32,000 nt of DNA from Archaeoglobus fulgidus DSM 4304. GTDB taxonomy: Archaea > Halobacteriota > Archaeoglobi > Archaeoglobales > Archaeoglobaceae. The notes below the pieces were generated by a model that worked only from the letters and a program-made list of their open reading frames with translations, was not told the origin of the DNA and made no database searches. Below, in pieces: positions 1 to 8,755 of this stretch. Each line of letters begins with the position of its first letter. Position 1 is the first letter of the stretch. The position numbers and the translations under genes were made by a program. Location of the stretch: assembly GCF_000008665.1 (NCBI RefSeq), contig NC_000917.1, forward strand, positions 1,800,001-1,832,000. Reading direction: 5' to 3'.

Positions 1-158
1 CAAACGTGACAGGTGGTGCAGTTCCACAGCTCCTCGCTCCAGAAGTCATCTCCACTGGAAATGTAGCGGGCAATGAGCTTCCTGATGTTCATCGCATACC
101 GCATGCTGCAGGATGAGCTGCACACCGCGCACTGCATGCAGGCTGTGAGAGAAACCAT
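1..158 (-). CDS. N-terminal part of a heterodisulfide reductase subunit C-like iron-sulfur protein, truncated by the window edge
   Basis: Hand translation of the complement from ATG at 158: MVSLTACMQCAVCSSSCSMRYAMNIRKLIARYISSGDDFWSEELWNCTTCHV. It has a CxxCxxxC ferredoxin-like motif, an (M)NIRKLI segment and W.CTTC, as in HdrC. In-frame TAA lies just upstream of the ATG. Not in the ORF track. Confidence 0.7.
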   Translation of the reverse strand, partial: MVSLTACMQCAVCSSSCSMRYAMNIRKLIARYISSGDDFWSEELWNCTTCHV

Positions 159-256
159 AGTTTAACTACACCTGCAAAATAAAACAATTTAGGTTTAACA
201 GCCCGTTGACATTAGCTCTTTTACCTCACATTTTTAGCAACTACCAAAAAGCAACC

Positions 257-673
257 TCACCTTTTCACAATCCTTTCCAGCCTTCTAACAGCCTGCCTCA
301 AATCATCCTCGTTGTCGAAGTAAAGAGTTCTGACTGAAAAAATCCCTGCCCCCTTCAGCCTGATAACTCTCCTCTCCTCATCCACCTCAAATCCCTCTAT
401 ATCCTTCAGGTTCGTCTTAAAGGGCCTGTAGTAAACATAATCACCCTCGATGTAGTAGTGCCTCGGCTTTCCGAGCGTAATGATGGCGTAGAGGGAAATA
501 AAGAGGGCAAATATAGCTGCCGCAATCAGCGACTTCCCAACCTCCGCCCCTCCAGCAATCTTGTAGGCGGTGTACCCGAATCCAGCCAGAACAATAAGGA
601 GGATGAACGCGGTCCACTTTCTCCTTGCTGCAGGATTGTTCAAAGCTCTGTATGTCCAGATCATGTCCCGCAC
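257..673 (-). CDS. Small membrane protein with two N-terminal TM helices and a PH-like domain
   Basis: 138-aa ORF; hydrophobic hairpin ([17 protein letters not shown] / [20 protein letters not shown]) followed by [36 protein letters not shown], resembling bacterial PH-like (YdbT/YokE-type) domains. Confidence 0.55.
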   Translation of the reverse strand: MRDMIWTYRALNNPAARRKWTAFILLIVLAGFGYTAYKIAGGAEVGKSLIAAAIFALFISLYAIITLGKPRHYYIEGDYVYYRPFKTNLKDIEGFEVDEERRVIRLKGAGIFSVRTLYFDNEDDLRQAVRRLERIVKR

Positions 674-1878
674 CTCCAGTCGCTCAGATACCTTACCTGC
701 TCCTCAGTAAGCTGGTCAATCTCAACGCCCATCGACTCAAGCTTCATTCTCGCAACCATTCTGTCAAGCTCTTCGGGCAGCCTGTAAACCTTCCTCTCCA
801 GCTTCTGCCAGTTCTCGGCAATGTATTTAGCAGCTAAAGCCTGATTGGCAAAGCTCATGTCCATAACCTCTACTGGATGACCATCGGCAGCAACGAGGTT
901 CACCAGCCTTCCCTCTGCGAGCAGGTAAACCCTTTTATCGCCCAGATCATACTCTGTTACGTACTTTCTCGCCTCTCTCTTCGCCTTTGCCATCCTCTCA
1001 AGGGCCGGGATGTCAATCTCAACGTTGAAATGGCCGGCATTCGCCAGAATCGCCCCATCCTTCATCAGCCTTATGTGCTCCTCCCTGATGATGTCCCTGT
1101 TGCCCGTAGCTGTGATGAAGATATCCCCGATTTTTGCTGCATCCTCCATCCTCATAACTCTGAATCCATCCATCACCGCCTCAAGAGCCCTGATTTCATC
1201 AACCTCCGTAACAACAACGCTTGCCCCCATTCCCCTCGCTCTCATCGCTATTCCTCTACCACACCACCCGTAGCCAGCTACAACAACAATTTTTCCAGCC
1301 ATCAGCAGGTTTGTGGCTCTGATAACTCCATCAATGGCGGACTGGCCAGTGCCATAGCGGTTATCGAAGAGGTACTTTGTGTAGGCGTCATTCACAGCAA
1401 TAACGGGGAATTTCAGCACCCCCTCCCTTTCCATCGCCCTGAGCCTTATAACTCCCGTCGTCGTCTCCTCGCTCGCCCCCTTCACCTTTTCAGCATAGCT
1501 CTCCATCTCGCCGTGAAGGAGGAAAATGAGGTCTGCGCCATCGTCGATGACTATATCCGGTTCAGCCCTTATAACATTCCTCAAGGCCTCGTAATACTCC
1601 TCAACATCCATCCCCCTCTTTGCGTAGCATGCAATCCCGCTCTCCCTCAAAGCATCTGCCACATCATCCTGAGTGCTCATGGGATTGCAGCCCGTAATCG
1701 CCACCTCAGCCCCAGCATCAACGAGAGTTCTAACCAGAACTGCGGTTTTCGCCTCAACATGCAAAGCCATGCCGACGGTAAAGCCCTCCAGCGGTCTCTC
1801 CTTCCTGAACTGCTCCCTTATCTTTCCAAGAACCTTCATGTAGCGCTCTGCCCACTCAATCTTCCTGAAGCCCTCCAT
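661..1878 (-). CDS. ahcY: Adenosylhomocysteinase (S-adenosyl- or S-inosyl-L-homocysteine hydrolase)
   Basis: Family motifs: [85 protein letters not shown]. Confidence 0.95.
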   Translation of the reverse strand: MEGFRKIEWAERYMKVLGKIREQFRKERPLEGFTVGMALHVEAKTAVLVRTLVDAGAEVAITGCNPMSTQDDVADALRESGIACYAKRGMDVEEYYEALRNVIRAEPDIVIDDGADLIFLLHGEMESYAEKVKGASEETTTGVIRLRAMEREGVLKFPVIAVNDAYTKYLFDNRYGTGQSAIDGVIRATNLLMAGKIVVVAGYGWCGRGIAMRARGMGASVVVTEVDEIRALEAVMDGFRVMRMEDAAKIGDIFITATGNRDIIREEHIRLMKDGAILANAGHFNVEIDIPALERMAKAKREARKYVTEYDLGDKRVYLLAEGRLVNLVAADGHPVEVMDMSFANQALAAKYIAENWQKLERKVYRLPEELDRMVARMKLESMGVEIDQLTEEQVRYLSDWRCGT

Positions 1879-1881
1879 TTC

Positions 1882-2418
1882 TCACACCTTCCTCATAAAC
1901 TCCTCAATTCTGTCCTCAAGCTCAGAAAGCCAGTCTATACCTCCCGGCTTATACCTTTTCCTCGCCTCCCTGTCTCCCCTTATTATGGCCTCAACAGCCT
2001 CAATAACCTCCTCAAGGCTCATTTCGGTTGTATCAATCTCGTAAACCTCACTGGCATGCTCAAGAGCCTCAACAAGGATTACGTCAAGCATCTCTGCCTC
2101 AAGATTTTCCAGCAGCTTCTCCTCGCTCCAGTTCCTACCCTTTAACCTCTCCCTAAGCACAGCAGGATTGCACCTCAGCACAATGGCCACATCAGGCTTC
2201 AGAAGATGGGAGAGGTGACCCTCCACAATTCCCTCAAAATCAATTCTTGCTGCAAGGCTTTCAACATCAATAACAATCTCCCCATCCTCCTCATCGATTA
2301 TGCAACCATGCTTCTCCGCCAGCTCCACAACAGTCGCAACTTTATACCCCCTCTCCCTCAACCGCTCAGCAACGCTGCTTTTTCCCGTGCCGGGAGTGCC
2401 AGTAAGGGCAATCAGCAT
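1882..2418 (-). CDS. Fap7/AK6-like adenylate kinase family NTPase
   Basis: N-terminal P-loop LIALTGTPGTGKSSVAERL; short LID-like segment NWSEEKLLENLEAEMLDVILVEA; matches the archaeal homologs of Fap7/AK6. Confidence 0.85.
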   Translation of the reverse strand: MLIALTGTPGTGKSSVAERLRERGYKVATVVELAEKHGCIIDEEDGEIVIDVESLAARIDFEGIVEGHLSHLLKPDVAIVLRCNPAVLRERLKGRNWSEEKLLENLEAEMLDVILVEALEHASEVYEIDTTEMSLEEVIEAVEAIIRGDREARKRYKPGGIDWLSELEDRIEEFMRKV

Positions 2419-3476
2419 CCAAGCACCTCTTTCAAAGCCTCAAGGAACATGTCGTTTTCCTCTGGCCTTCCAACAGTCACTCTGATGTGGTTACCGCAAC
2501 CAACAAAGCTGCTGCAGTCCCTCACTATAACCCCTCTCTTCAGCAGCTCCTCTGCCAGATTCTCAACGGGGCTCTCAAAGAAGAGGAAGTTCGCCTGTGA
2601 GAGATTTACCTCTACGAGCTTCTTCAACTCTTTGTACAGCCTCTCCCTCTCCGCCTTTATTCTCCCCACACAGCTTCGCATCCACTCCACATCATCGAGA
2701 GCCGCCTCAGCAGCCTTTGCAGCGGGAGTTGAGAGGGGGAAGGGAGTCATTGCCGCCCTGAAGGGGCTAACGAGCCATTCAGGTAGCAAGGCATATCCAA
2801 TTCTCAGGTTCGCCAGCCCGAAGGCCTTTGAGAAAGTTCGGGCAATTACAACATTCTCCGCATCGACGCTAAAGGATACATCGGAAAACTCAACGTAGGC
2901 CTCATCGAGGAAGATAAGGGCATTGGTTGAGTTAACAAGCTCCTCTATTAGCTTAGCATCCTCCGCATTCCCCGTTGGATTGTTGGGATTGCAGATGAGG
3001 ATAATTTTGGTTTTCTGAGTTATGGCATCAAAAATGGACTCATCAATGCGGTAGTTCTCGCCTCTCCTCACCAGAACTTCCTTCCCGCAGCTAAGCTTTG
3101 TTAGAATGTGGTAGTAAGGGAAGGTCGGAATCGGTATGACGACCTCATCCCCCTCGTCTATGAGAATTCTGAAGAGCGTTTCAAGGATTCCGTCAATTCC
3201 TGCCCCCACCACAACTCTATCAGCATCCCATCCAGTGTAATCGGATATCTTCTCCCTCAGCTCCCTGTACTCTGGATTCGGATAGATGTGCAGGTCGGAG
3301 TAGCTCCTGAACGCTTCTATGGCTTTTGGGCTCGGCCCATAGGGATTCTCGTTCGAGGCAAGCTTAACCACTCTTTCAAGGCCGTACTTCCTCTTAACCT
3401 CCTCAATGCTCTTTCCCGGAATGTATTTTGAGAGTTCTGCACACTTCCTCAGCAACCTCTCACCGCACAACCTCAA
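2412..3476 (-). CDS. hisC: Histidinol-phosphate aminotransferase (first of two paralogs)
   Basis: PLP aminotransferase fold I motifs: [63 protein letters not shown]. Confidence 0.9.
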   Translation of the reverse strand: MRLCGERLLRKCAELSKYIPGKSIEEVKRKYGLERVVKLASNENPYGPSPKAIEAFRSYSDLHIYPNPEYRELREKISDYTGWDADRVVVGAGIDGILETLFRILIDEGDEVVIPIPTFPYYHILTKLSCGKEVLVRRGENYRIDESIFDAITQKTKIILICNPNNPTGNAEDAKLIEELVNSTNALIFLDEAYVEFSDVSFSVDAENVVIARTFSKAFGLANLRIGYALLPEWLVSPFRAAMTPFPLSTPAAKAAEAALDDVEWMRSCVGRIKAERERLYKELKKLVEVNLSQANFLFFESPVENLAEELLKRGVIVRDCSSFVGCGNHIRVTVGRPEENDMFLEALKEVLGC

Positions 3477-3609
3477 TCTGCACTATGTCCCAGTCCTCAT
3501 CAACGCCCTTTAGCGTTGAGACGAGAGCCTCAATAACCCTCCCAAACACTTTGGTCACGAACTCGTTCATCTCTATGTCTTCACCATCAACAACAAGCCT
3601 TACCTCCAT
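3460..3609 (-). CDS. Small conserved-type archaeal protein, 49 aa
   Basis: Hand translation of the complement 3609->3460: MEVRLVVDGEDIEMNEFVTKVFGRVIEALVSTLKGVDEDWDIVQIEVVR*. It fills the gap between hisC and mfnA and overlaps the hisC start by 17 nt. Below the ORF-track length cutoff. Confidence 0.75.
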   Translation of the reverse strand: MEVRLVVDGEDIEMNEFVTKVFGRVIEALVSTLKGVDEDWDIVQIEVVR

Positions 3610-3613
3610 CCTA

Positions 3614-4717
3614 TCACCTCCTTAAAACCTTCCTGAAATCGCTTATGAAGTTCTTAATAACCTCTTCCGTCACGTGGGGCATAACAACAAATCTTATGGC
3701 CTTTGGCTCCCTGATTGTCGAGATGACCCACCTCATCCTGTAAAGCTCCTCCTTAATCCTTTCAGCCTCATCCGTTCTGAAGGAAACAACGTTCATGACA
3801 GGCTCGATAACGGGCTCAAAGCCCAGATCCCTCATCTCCTCGACGAGGATTCGAGTGTTCTTCAGGCAGTTTTTAACAACCTCCCTCATTCCCTCAAAGC
3901 CCAGAGACTTCAAAACAGCATAGGCTGAGGCCACACCAGTCCCCGGCCTTGTCCCTGTTAAAGTGAATTGAGTTTTTGACGTCAGGTAGGGAGTTTCCAC
4001 CTCCAGAGCCCTCAGGTAGCTCTCATTCCTGAAAATGATTCCCCCAGCAGGGATGGTTGCCATCCCCATCTTGTGGGGGTCTATGGTTATCGACGAAACG
4101 CCCCTATTCTGGAAATCGAAGGGATAAGGATTGTCCATGAAAGGGATAACGAGCCCTCCAAAGGCCGCATCGACGTGAAGCTCAACCTGCCTCTCTTCTG
4201 CAAGCTTCGAGAGCTCCACAATGGGGTCAATCTGTCCAAGCTCGGTCGTTCCTGCAATGCCAACAATTGCAACAGTGTTTTCGTCCATCAAATCCTCAAC
4301 CTGCCCCACGTCAACCTTATACTCCTCATCCACTCCCGCTCTTTTAATTTTAACTCCCAGAATGTCGCCAATTTTCTCAAAGGAGAAGTGAGCAGTTTTG
4401 GGAATTACAATGTTGGGATTTTCCTTCTTCTGAACATTTCTTGCCGCCCTTATTCCCTGAATGTTCGCCTCCGTGCCTCCAGAGCAGATGTAGCCCGCGG
4501 GAGTTTCGCAGTGCAGAATGTCGCCAATTAGCCTCATCAGCTTTGCCTCAAGCTCCACCGTCCCCCTGAAGATTCCGGGGTCGCCAAGGTTCGTCTCGAT
4601 GAACATTCTGTGGGCCTCAACCGCAACTGGATGGGGGACGGTGCACATTGAGCTGAGCACCCTTGAGTAGGGAATGTCCTTCTCCCTGTAAGCTCTCAGC
4701 TCCTCGATGATGTCCAT
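3614..4717 (-). CDS. mfnA: L-tyrosine/L-aspartate decarboxylase, PLP-dependent (methanofuran/CoA biosynthesis)
   Basis: Group II decarboxylase motifs: CSGGTEANIQGIRAARN, HVDAAFGGLVIPF, SITIDPHKMGMATIPAGGIIFR. Confidence 0.9.
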   Translation of the reverse strand: MDIIEELRAYREKDIPYSRVLSSMCTVPHPVAVEAHRMFIETNLGDPGIFRGTVELEAKLMRLIGDILHCETPAGYICSGGTEANIQGIRAARNVQKKENPNIVIPKTAHFSFEKIGDILGVKIKRAGVDEEYKVDVGQVEDLMDENTVAIVGIAGTTELGQIDPIVELSKLAEERQVELHVDAAFGGLVIPFMDNPYPFDFQNRGVSSITIDPHKMGMATIPAGGIIFRNESYLRALEVETPYLTSKTQFTLTGTRPGTGVASAYAVLKSLGFEGMREVVKNCLKNTRILVEEMRDLGFEPVIEPVMNVVSFRTDEAERIKEELYRMRWVISTIREPKAIRFVVMPHVTEEVIKNFISDFRKVLRR

Positions 4718-4765
4718 GGCAAAACCTCGGAAAAGTGTAATAAATAACTAACTAAAGTAAGCTCG

Positions 4766-5368
4766 GTGAAGGTTGCTGTCCTCGTTGGTGGAGTTGGAAG
4801 GAGAATCGGGATGGAGAAAACTGAGGTAATGCTGTGCGGCAAAAAGCTCATTGAGTGGGTTCTGGAAAAGTACTCCCCCTTTCAGACAGTCTTTGTCTGC
4901 AGGGATGAGAAGCAGGCGGAGAAGCTTTCATCGCGGTATGAGGCTGAGTTCATCTGGGATTTGCACAAAGGCGTGGGCTCCATCGCTGGAATCCATGCCG
5001 CTTTAAGGCACTTCGGAAGCTGCGTTGTTGCTGCAATAGACATGCCCTTTGTCAAGCCTGAGGTGCTGGAGCATCTTTACAAGGAGGGTGAAAAGGCGGG
5101 CTGTGACGCTCTCATTCCAAAACACGACTATCCCGAGCCTCTGCTTGCATACTACGCTGAAAGCGCTGCAGATGAGCTGGAGAGGGCAATTCTTCAGGGA
5201 ATCAGAAAAATCCTCGTTCCGCTTGAGAGGCTCAATGTTGTTTACTATCCTGTGGAAAAGCTGAGAAAGTTTGATAAGGAGCTAATCTCATTTTTCAACA
5301 TCAACACTCCTGATGATTTAAAGAGGGCTGAAGAGATATGCTCAAAGATGAGTACGGAAGGGTTGTAA
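4766..5368 (+). CDS. mobA: Molybdenum cofactor guanylyltransferase-like protein
   Basis: VAVLVGGVGRRIGMEKTEVMLCGKKLIEW and AAIDMPFVKPEVLEHL motifs; immediately followed by moaA. Confidence 0.85.
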   Translation: MKVAVLVGGVGRRIGMEKTEVMLCGKKLIEWVLEKYSPFQTVFVCRDEKQAEKLSSRYEAEFIWDLHKGVGSIAGIHAALRHFGSCVVAAIDMPFVKPEVLEHLYKEGEKAGCDALIPKHDYPEPLLAYYAESAADELERAILQGIRKILVPLERLNVVYYPVEKLRKFDKELISFFNINTPDDLKRAEEICSKMSTEGL

Positions 5369-6228
5369 CGAACCTGAGGATTGCCGTAACGAAAAAATGT
5401 AACCTGAGATGCTTTTACTGCCACAAAGAGGGGGAGAGTAATCCCGGAGAGGAAATCAGCGCCGAGCGCATTGTTGAGATTGCCAGAGCCTTTAAAGAGC
5501 TTGGAGTGAGAAAGCTGAAGATTACGGGCGGTGAGCCTCTGCTCAGAAAGGATTTGCCCGACATAATCCTGAACCTCCCCGAATTCGAAGAGATTTCGAT
5601 GACGACAAACGGAATTCTCCTCGAAAAGTACGCTGAGGAGCTCAGGGAGTGTGGGCTCAGTAGAGTTAACGTGAGCCTCGACACGCTCGATGCTGAGAAG
5701 TACAGGTGGATAACGGGAGGTGGGGAGGTTCAGAAGGTGGTTAACGGAATTGAGAAGGCATGCGAGGTTGGACTTACACCTGTAAAGATTAACATGCTCG
5801 TGTTGGGAGGAGTGAACGATAACGAGGTTGATGAGCTGCTGGAGTTTACGAACTCCTTCAACAGAGGTAATACCAAAGCCATTCTGCAGGTCATTGAACT
5901 TGTTCCCTTTCCGGGCTTTGAGAAGTACTTCTTCGACATCTCAACCATCGAGGAAAAGTACGCCAGAATGGCCACACAAAGGAGGGTAAGGGCAATGCAC
6001 CGCAGAACGCAGTACTTCACGCCCAAAGGGGTAATTGAGTTCGTGAAGCCGATGGACAACACCGCCTTCTGCATGCACTGCAACAGGATGAGGGTTACCT
6101 CTGACGGCAAGCTTAAGCCCTGCCTTCTGAGGAATGAAACCATCACCATTGACGGGAAGCACGGGGAGGAGCTTGCGAGGGCGATAATAGAGACTGTAAG
6201 GAAAAGAGAGCCTTACTTTAAAGGTTGA
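5338..6228 (+). CDS. moaA: GTP 3',8-cyclase
   Basis: Radical SAM motif NLRIAVTKKCNLRCFYCHKEG, KLKITGGEPLLRKDL, C-terminal FCMHCNRMRVTSDGKLKPCLLRNET. Confidence 0.93.
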   Translation: MLKDEYGRVVTNLRIAVTKKCNLRCFYCHKEGESNPGEEISAERIVEIARAFKELGVRKLKITGGEPLLRKDLPDIILNLPEFEEISMTTNGILLEKYAEELRECGLSRVNVSLDTLDAEKYRWITGGGEVQKVVNGIEKACEVGLTPVKINMLVLGGVNDNEVDELLEFTNSFNRGNTKAILQVIELVPFPGFEKYFFDISTIEEKYARMATQRRVRAMHRRTQYFTPKGVIEFVKPMDNTAFCMHCNRMRVTSDGKLKPCLLRNETITIDGKHGEELARAIIETVRKREPYFKG

Positions 6229-6231
6229 AGT

Positions 6232-6891
6232 ATGCGCCCCTATGTTTTTGTCAACGTCGCTGCAAGCCTTGATGGGAAGATAAGTGATGAGAGCAGGAAG
6301 CAGCTCAGAATATCCTGCGAAGAGGATTTAAGGATCGTGGACAGGTTGAGGGCCGAGAGCGATGCTATAATGGTTGGTATAGGAACGGTCCTTGCTGATG
6401 ACCCAAGGCTCACCGTTAAAAGTGCTGAATTGAGAGAGAAAAGGCAGAAGGATGGAAAGGAGCCGAATCCTCTGAGAGTTGTTGTGGACAGCAGGTGCAG
6501 AGTGCCTCTGACCGCCAGAATTCTTAATGACGAGGCAAGAACGCTCGTTGCCGTTTCAAGGATTGCTCCAGAAGAAAAAGTTAGGGAAGTTAAAAAGGTT
6601 GCAGAGGTGGCCGTTTTTGGAGAAGAGAGAGTCGAGCTATCAGCCCTTCTGGAATTTCTCCACAGGAAGGGTGTAAGAAGGCTGATGGTTGAGGGTGGGG
6701 GGACGCTGATTTCATCACTAATCTCACAAAACCTCGTCGATGAGATAAGAATTTACTACGGGCCAATTTTCATAGGAGGTAGAGACTCTCCAACAGTTTG
6801 CGATGGGGAATCCTTTTTGAAAAAATGCAGAATTGAGAAAATTGAAAGGATTGGGGAGGGGTTTGCAGTTACAGCAAGATTCAATCGGTGA
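6232..6891 (+). CDS. arfC: 2,5-diamino-6-(ribosylamino)-4(3H)-pyrimidinone 5'-phosphate reductase (RibD C-terminal family)
   Basis: RPYVFVNVAASLDGKISDESRK, DAIMVGIGTVLADDPRLT, VEGGGTLISSL, PIFIGG: RibD_C/DHFR-like single-domain reductase. Confidence 0.85.
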   Translation: MRPYVFVNVAASLDGKISDESRKQLRISCEEDLRIVDRLRAESDAIMVGIGTVLADDPRLTVKSAELREKRQKDGKEPNPLRVVVDSRCRVPLTARILNDEARTLVAVSRIAPEEKVREVKKVAEVAVFGEERVELSALLEFLHRKGVRRLMVEGGGTLISSLISQNLVDEIRIYYGPIFIGGRDSPTVCDGESFLKKCRIEKIERIGEGFAVTARFNR

Positions 6892-7201
6892 ACATTTTCT
6901 CTATTCTCTCAATCTCACCCAAAATCGAGGATTTGAATTCCTTCAAAACCTTCTCGGGTTTTTCCGCAGAGTAAATGTAACCCACCCATCCTTTCTCCAC
7001 AATCTCCCTCCTCACGAAGCCTCTTTTGAGCAACACCTTCAGCCTGTCCCTCACGAATCTTGCAGAGAGGTCAAGCTCTCTGGCGATTTCGCTCACTCTC
7101 ATCCCCCCTCTCTCCAGAAGGAGGGAGTAAATCCTCACATCGGAAGGTTTGAAGCTCAACTTTTCCAGCGCTTTGACCAGCTCGCCAAGAGGGTTGCTCA
7201 T
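6881..7201 (-). CDS. Winged-helix transcriptional regulator (TrmB-like N-terminal type)
   Basis: LSFKPSDVRIYSLLLERGGMRVSEIARELDLSARFVRDRLKVLLKRGFVRREIV: canonical wHTH; divergent from the radical SAM gene. Confidence 0.8.
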   Translation of the reverse strand: MSNPLGELVKALEKLSFKPSDVRIYSLLLERGGMRVSEIARELDLSARFVRDRLKVLLKRGFVRREIVEKGWVGYIYSAEKPEKVLKEFKSSILGEIERIEKMFTD

Positions 7202-7302
7202 CTATCATTCCTTGTGCATCCAGATATTTAACCTTTTGGAACTAAATAGTTCATACATAGGAACAATTCAGGCGTAATGAATAAATATCGCATGTCATAC
7301 AT

Positions 7303-8709
7303 GTGGACATGAACGTGGAAATTTTTGCTGGCATTGTCAACAACCCTTTAACCAAAAAAGCACTCAGAAATCTTTCAGGTTCATGCAAAACCTGTGGAGA
7401 CAAAAGAATAAAGATTGCCATAGATTACGCTCTCGGCTACCGCAGTGATGCCTGTTGGAAGTGCAGGGCTGCTGCCAAAGTTGTCAAGAAGGTTATTGAG
7501 GCTGGCGGAAGGGCATTCAATGTTGACATGAATGAAATAAGGGAGAAGTTCAGAGATGCTTACTGGAGAAAGGGGTTGGCGAGCGTTATCAAAGGAATAG
7601 CCCACTTCGGAGTCAGAAAGCCCTTCGTTCCCGGCGCGCCCTTTCAGGTTGTGTGGGACATCACATATTCCTGCAACCTCCGCTGCAAGCACTGCTACGC
7701 AACAGCAGGCAAACCACTACAGGATGAGCTAACAACCGATGAAGCTCTCGAAACAATCGACAAGCTGGACAGGCTTGGCGTCACAATCATCGCCTTTTCC
7801 GGAGGAGAACCGCTCGTAAGAAGGGACATCTTCGAGCTGACGAGATACGCTGCCGAGAAGGGGATTTACGTTGCCATAGCAACCAACGGAACCCTAATAA
7901 CAGAAGAAATAGCTAAAAGGATGAAGGAGAATGGAGTTGGCTACGTGCAGATCAGCCTTGATGGGATGAAAGAGACTCATGAGGCTTTCAGGGGGATAAG
8001 GGGTTGCTTCGACAAAACAGTTGAGGGGATCAGGAATGCTGTCAAGACGGGATTGTTCGTTAACGTTTCCATGACGGTGACCAGATACAACTACCACGAG
8101 GTGCCCAAAGTGGTCGAGCTCTGCGAAAAGCTGGGAGTGAACTGGTTCATGCACTACAACTTCATCCCAACAGGAAGAGGTAGAGAGATAGTGGAGGCGG
8201 ACATAACTCCCGAGCAGAGGGAGGAGCTGCTGAAATGGCTCTACGAGAAAAACTACAGCTCGAACATTTCCCTGCTCTCAACCGCCCCCCAGTTTGCCCG
8301 CGTTGCACTGCAGTGTCAGGGAGAGATTGTGCCGACGCACTTCTACAATGTAAACGCTGGTGAGAGGCTGAAGGAGCTGGCGGAGTTCATTGGTGGTTGT
8401 GGGGCTGGGAGGTTCTACTTCGCCATAAAGGCGAACGGCGACATTCAGCCCTGCGTCTTCTTCCCGCTTAAGGTTGGTAATGTGAGGGAGGATGATCTGG
8501 AGGAGCTTTGGCTTCACAACCACGTTTTCGAGGATTTGAGGGATAAGGATATTCTTGAGGGCTGTGGAAGCTGTGGATACAGGTACGTGTGTGGAGGCTG
8601 CAGAGCTAGGGCCTACAACTACTTTGGAGACTACACTAAGCCCGATCCCGGGTGTGTGAATAATAGAAGGTGGTGGGAGAGGATTAGTAAAATTGAGGTT
8701 AGGGCTTGA
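7303..8709 (+). CDS. Radical SAM/SPASM domain protein with an additional N-terminal cysteine-rich segment
   Basis: VWDITYSCNLRCKHCYATAG; FSGGEPLVRRDIFEL; SPASM cysteines CGAG...ANGDIQPC...GCGSCGYRYVCGGCRARAYNY. The N-terminus has CKTCG...CWKC. Start may be GTG 7303 or ATG 7309. Confidence 0.88.
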   Translation: MDMNVEIFAGIVNNPLTKKALRNLSGSCKTCGDKRIKIAIDYALGYRSDACWKCRAAAKVVKKVIEAGGRAFNVDMNEIREKFRDAYWRKGLASVIKGIAHFGVRKPFVPGAPFQVVWDITYSCNLRCKHCYATAGKPLQDELTTDEALETIDKLDRLGVTIIAFSGGEPLVRRDIFELTRYAAEKGIYVAIATNGTLITEEIAKRMKENGVGYVQISLDGMKETHEAFRGIRGCFDKTVEGIRNAVKTGLFVNVSMTVTRYNYHEVPKVVELCEKLGVNWFMHYNFIPTGRGREIVEADITPEQREELLKWLYEKNYSSNISLLSTAPQFARVALQCQGEIVPTHFYNVNAGERLKELAEFIGGCGAGRFYFAIKANGDIQPCVFFPLKVGNVREDDLEELWLHNHVFEDLRDKDILEGCGSCGYRYVCGGCRARAYNYFGDYTKPDPGCVNNRRWWERISKIEVRA

Positions 8710-8755
8710 GGCCTAAATAGTAAAATTTTTATTTTTGTTAGCATGTAGCTAATTT

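Noticed and set aside
458-3431. Long ORFs in the track on the + strand (458..787, 877..2145, 2206..2898, 3108..3431)
   Set aside because: They are antisense to strongly supported genes (ahcY, Fap7-like, hisC), have low-complexity/Ser-Leu-rich translations and no motifs; typical shadow ORFs of GC-biased codons.
4073-4531. 152-aa + strand ORF opposite mfnA
   Set aside because: Antisense shadow of the well-supported decarboxylase.
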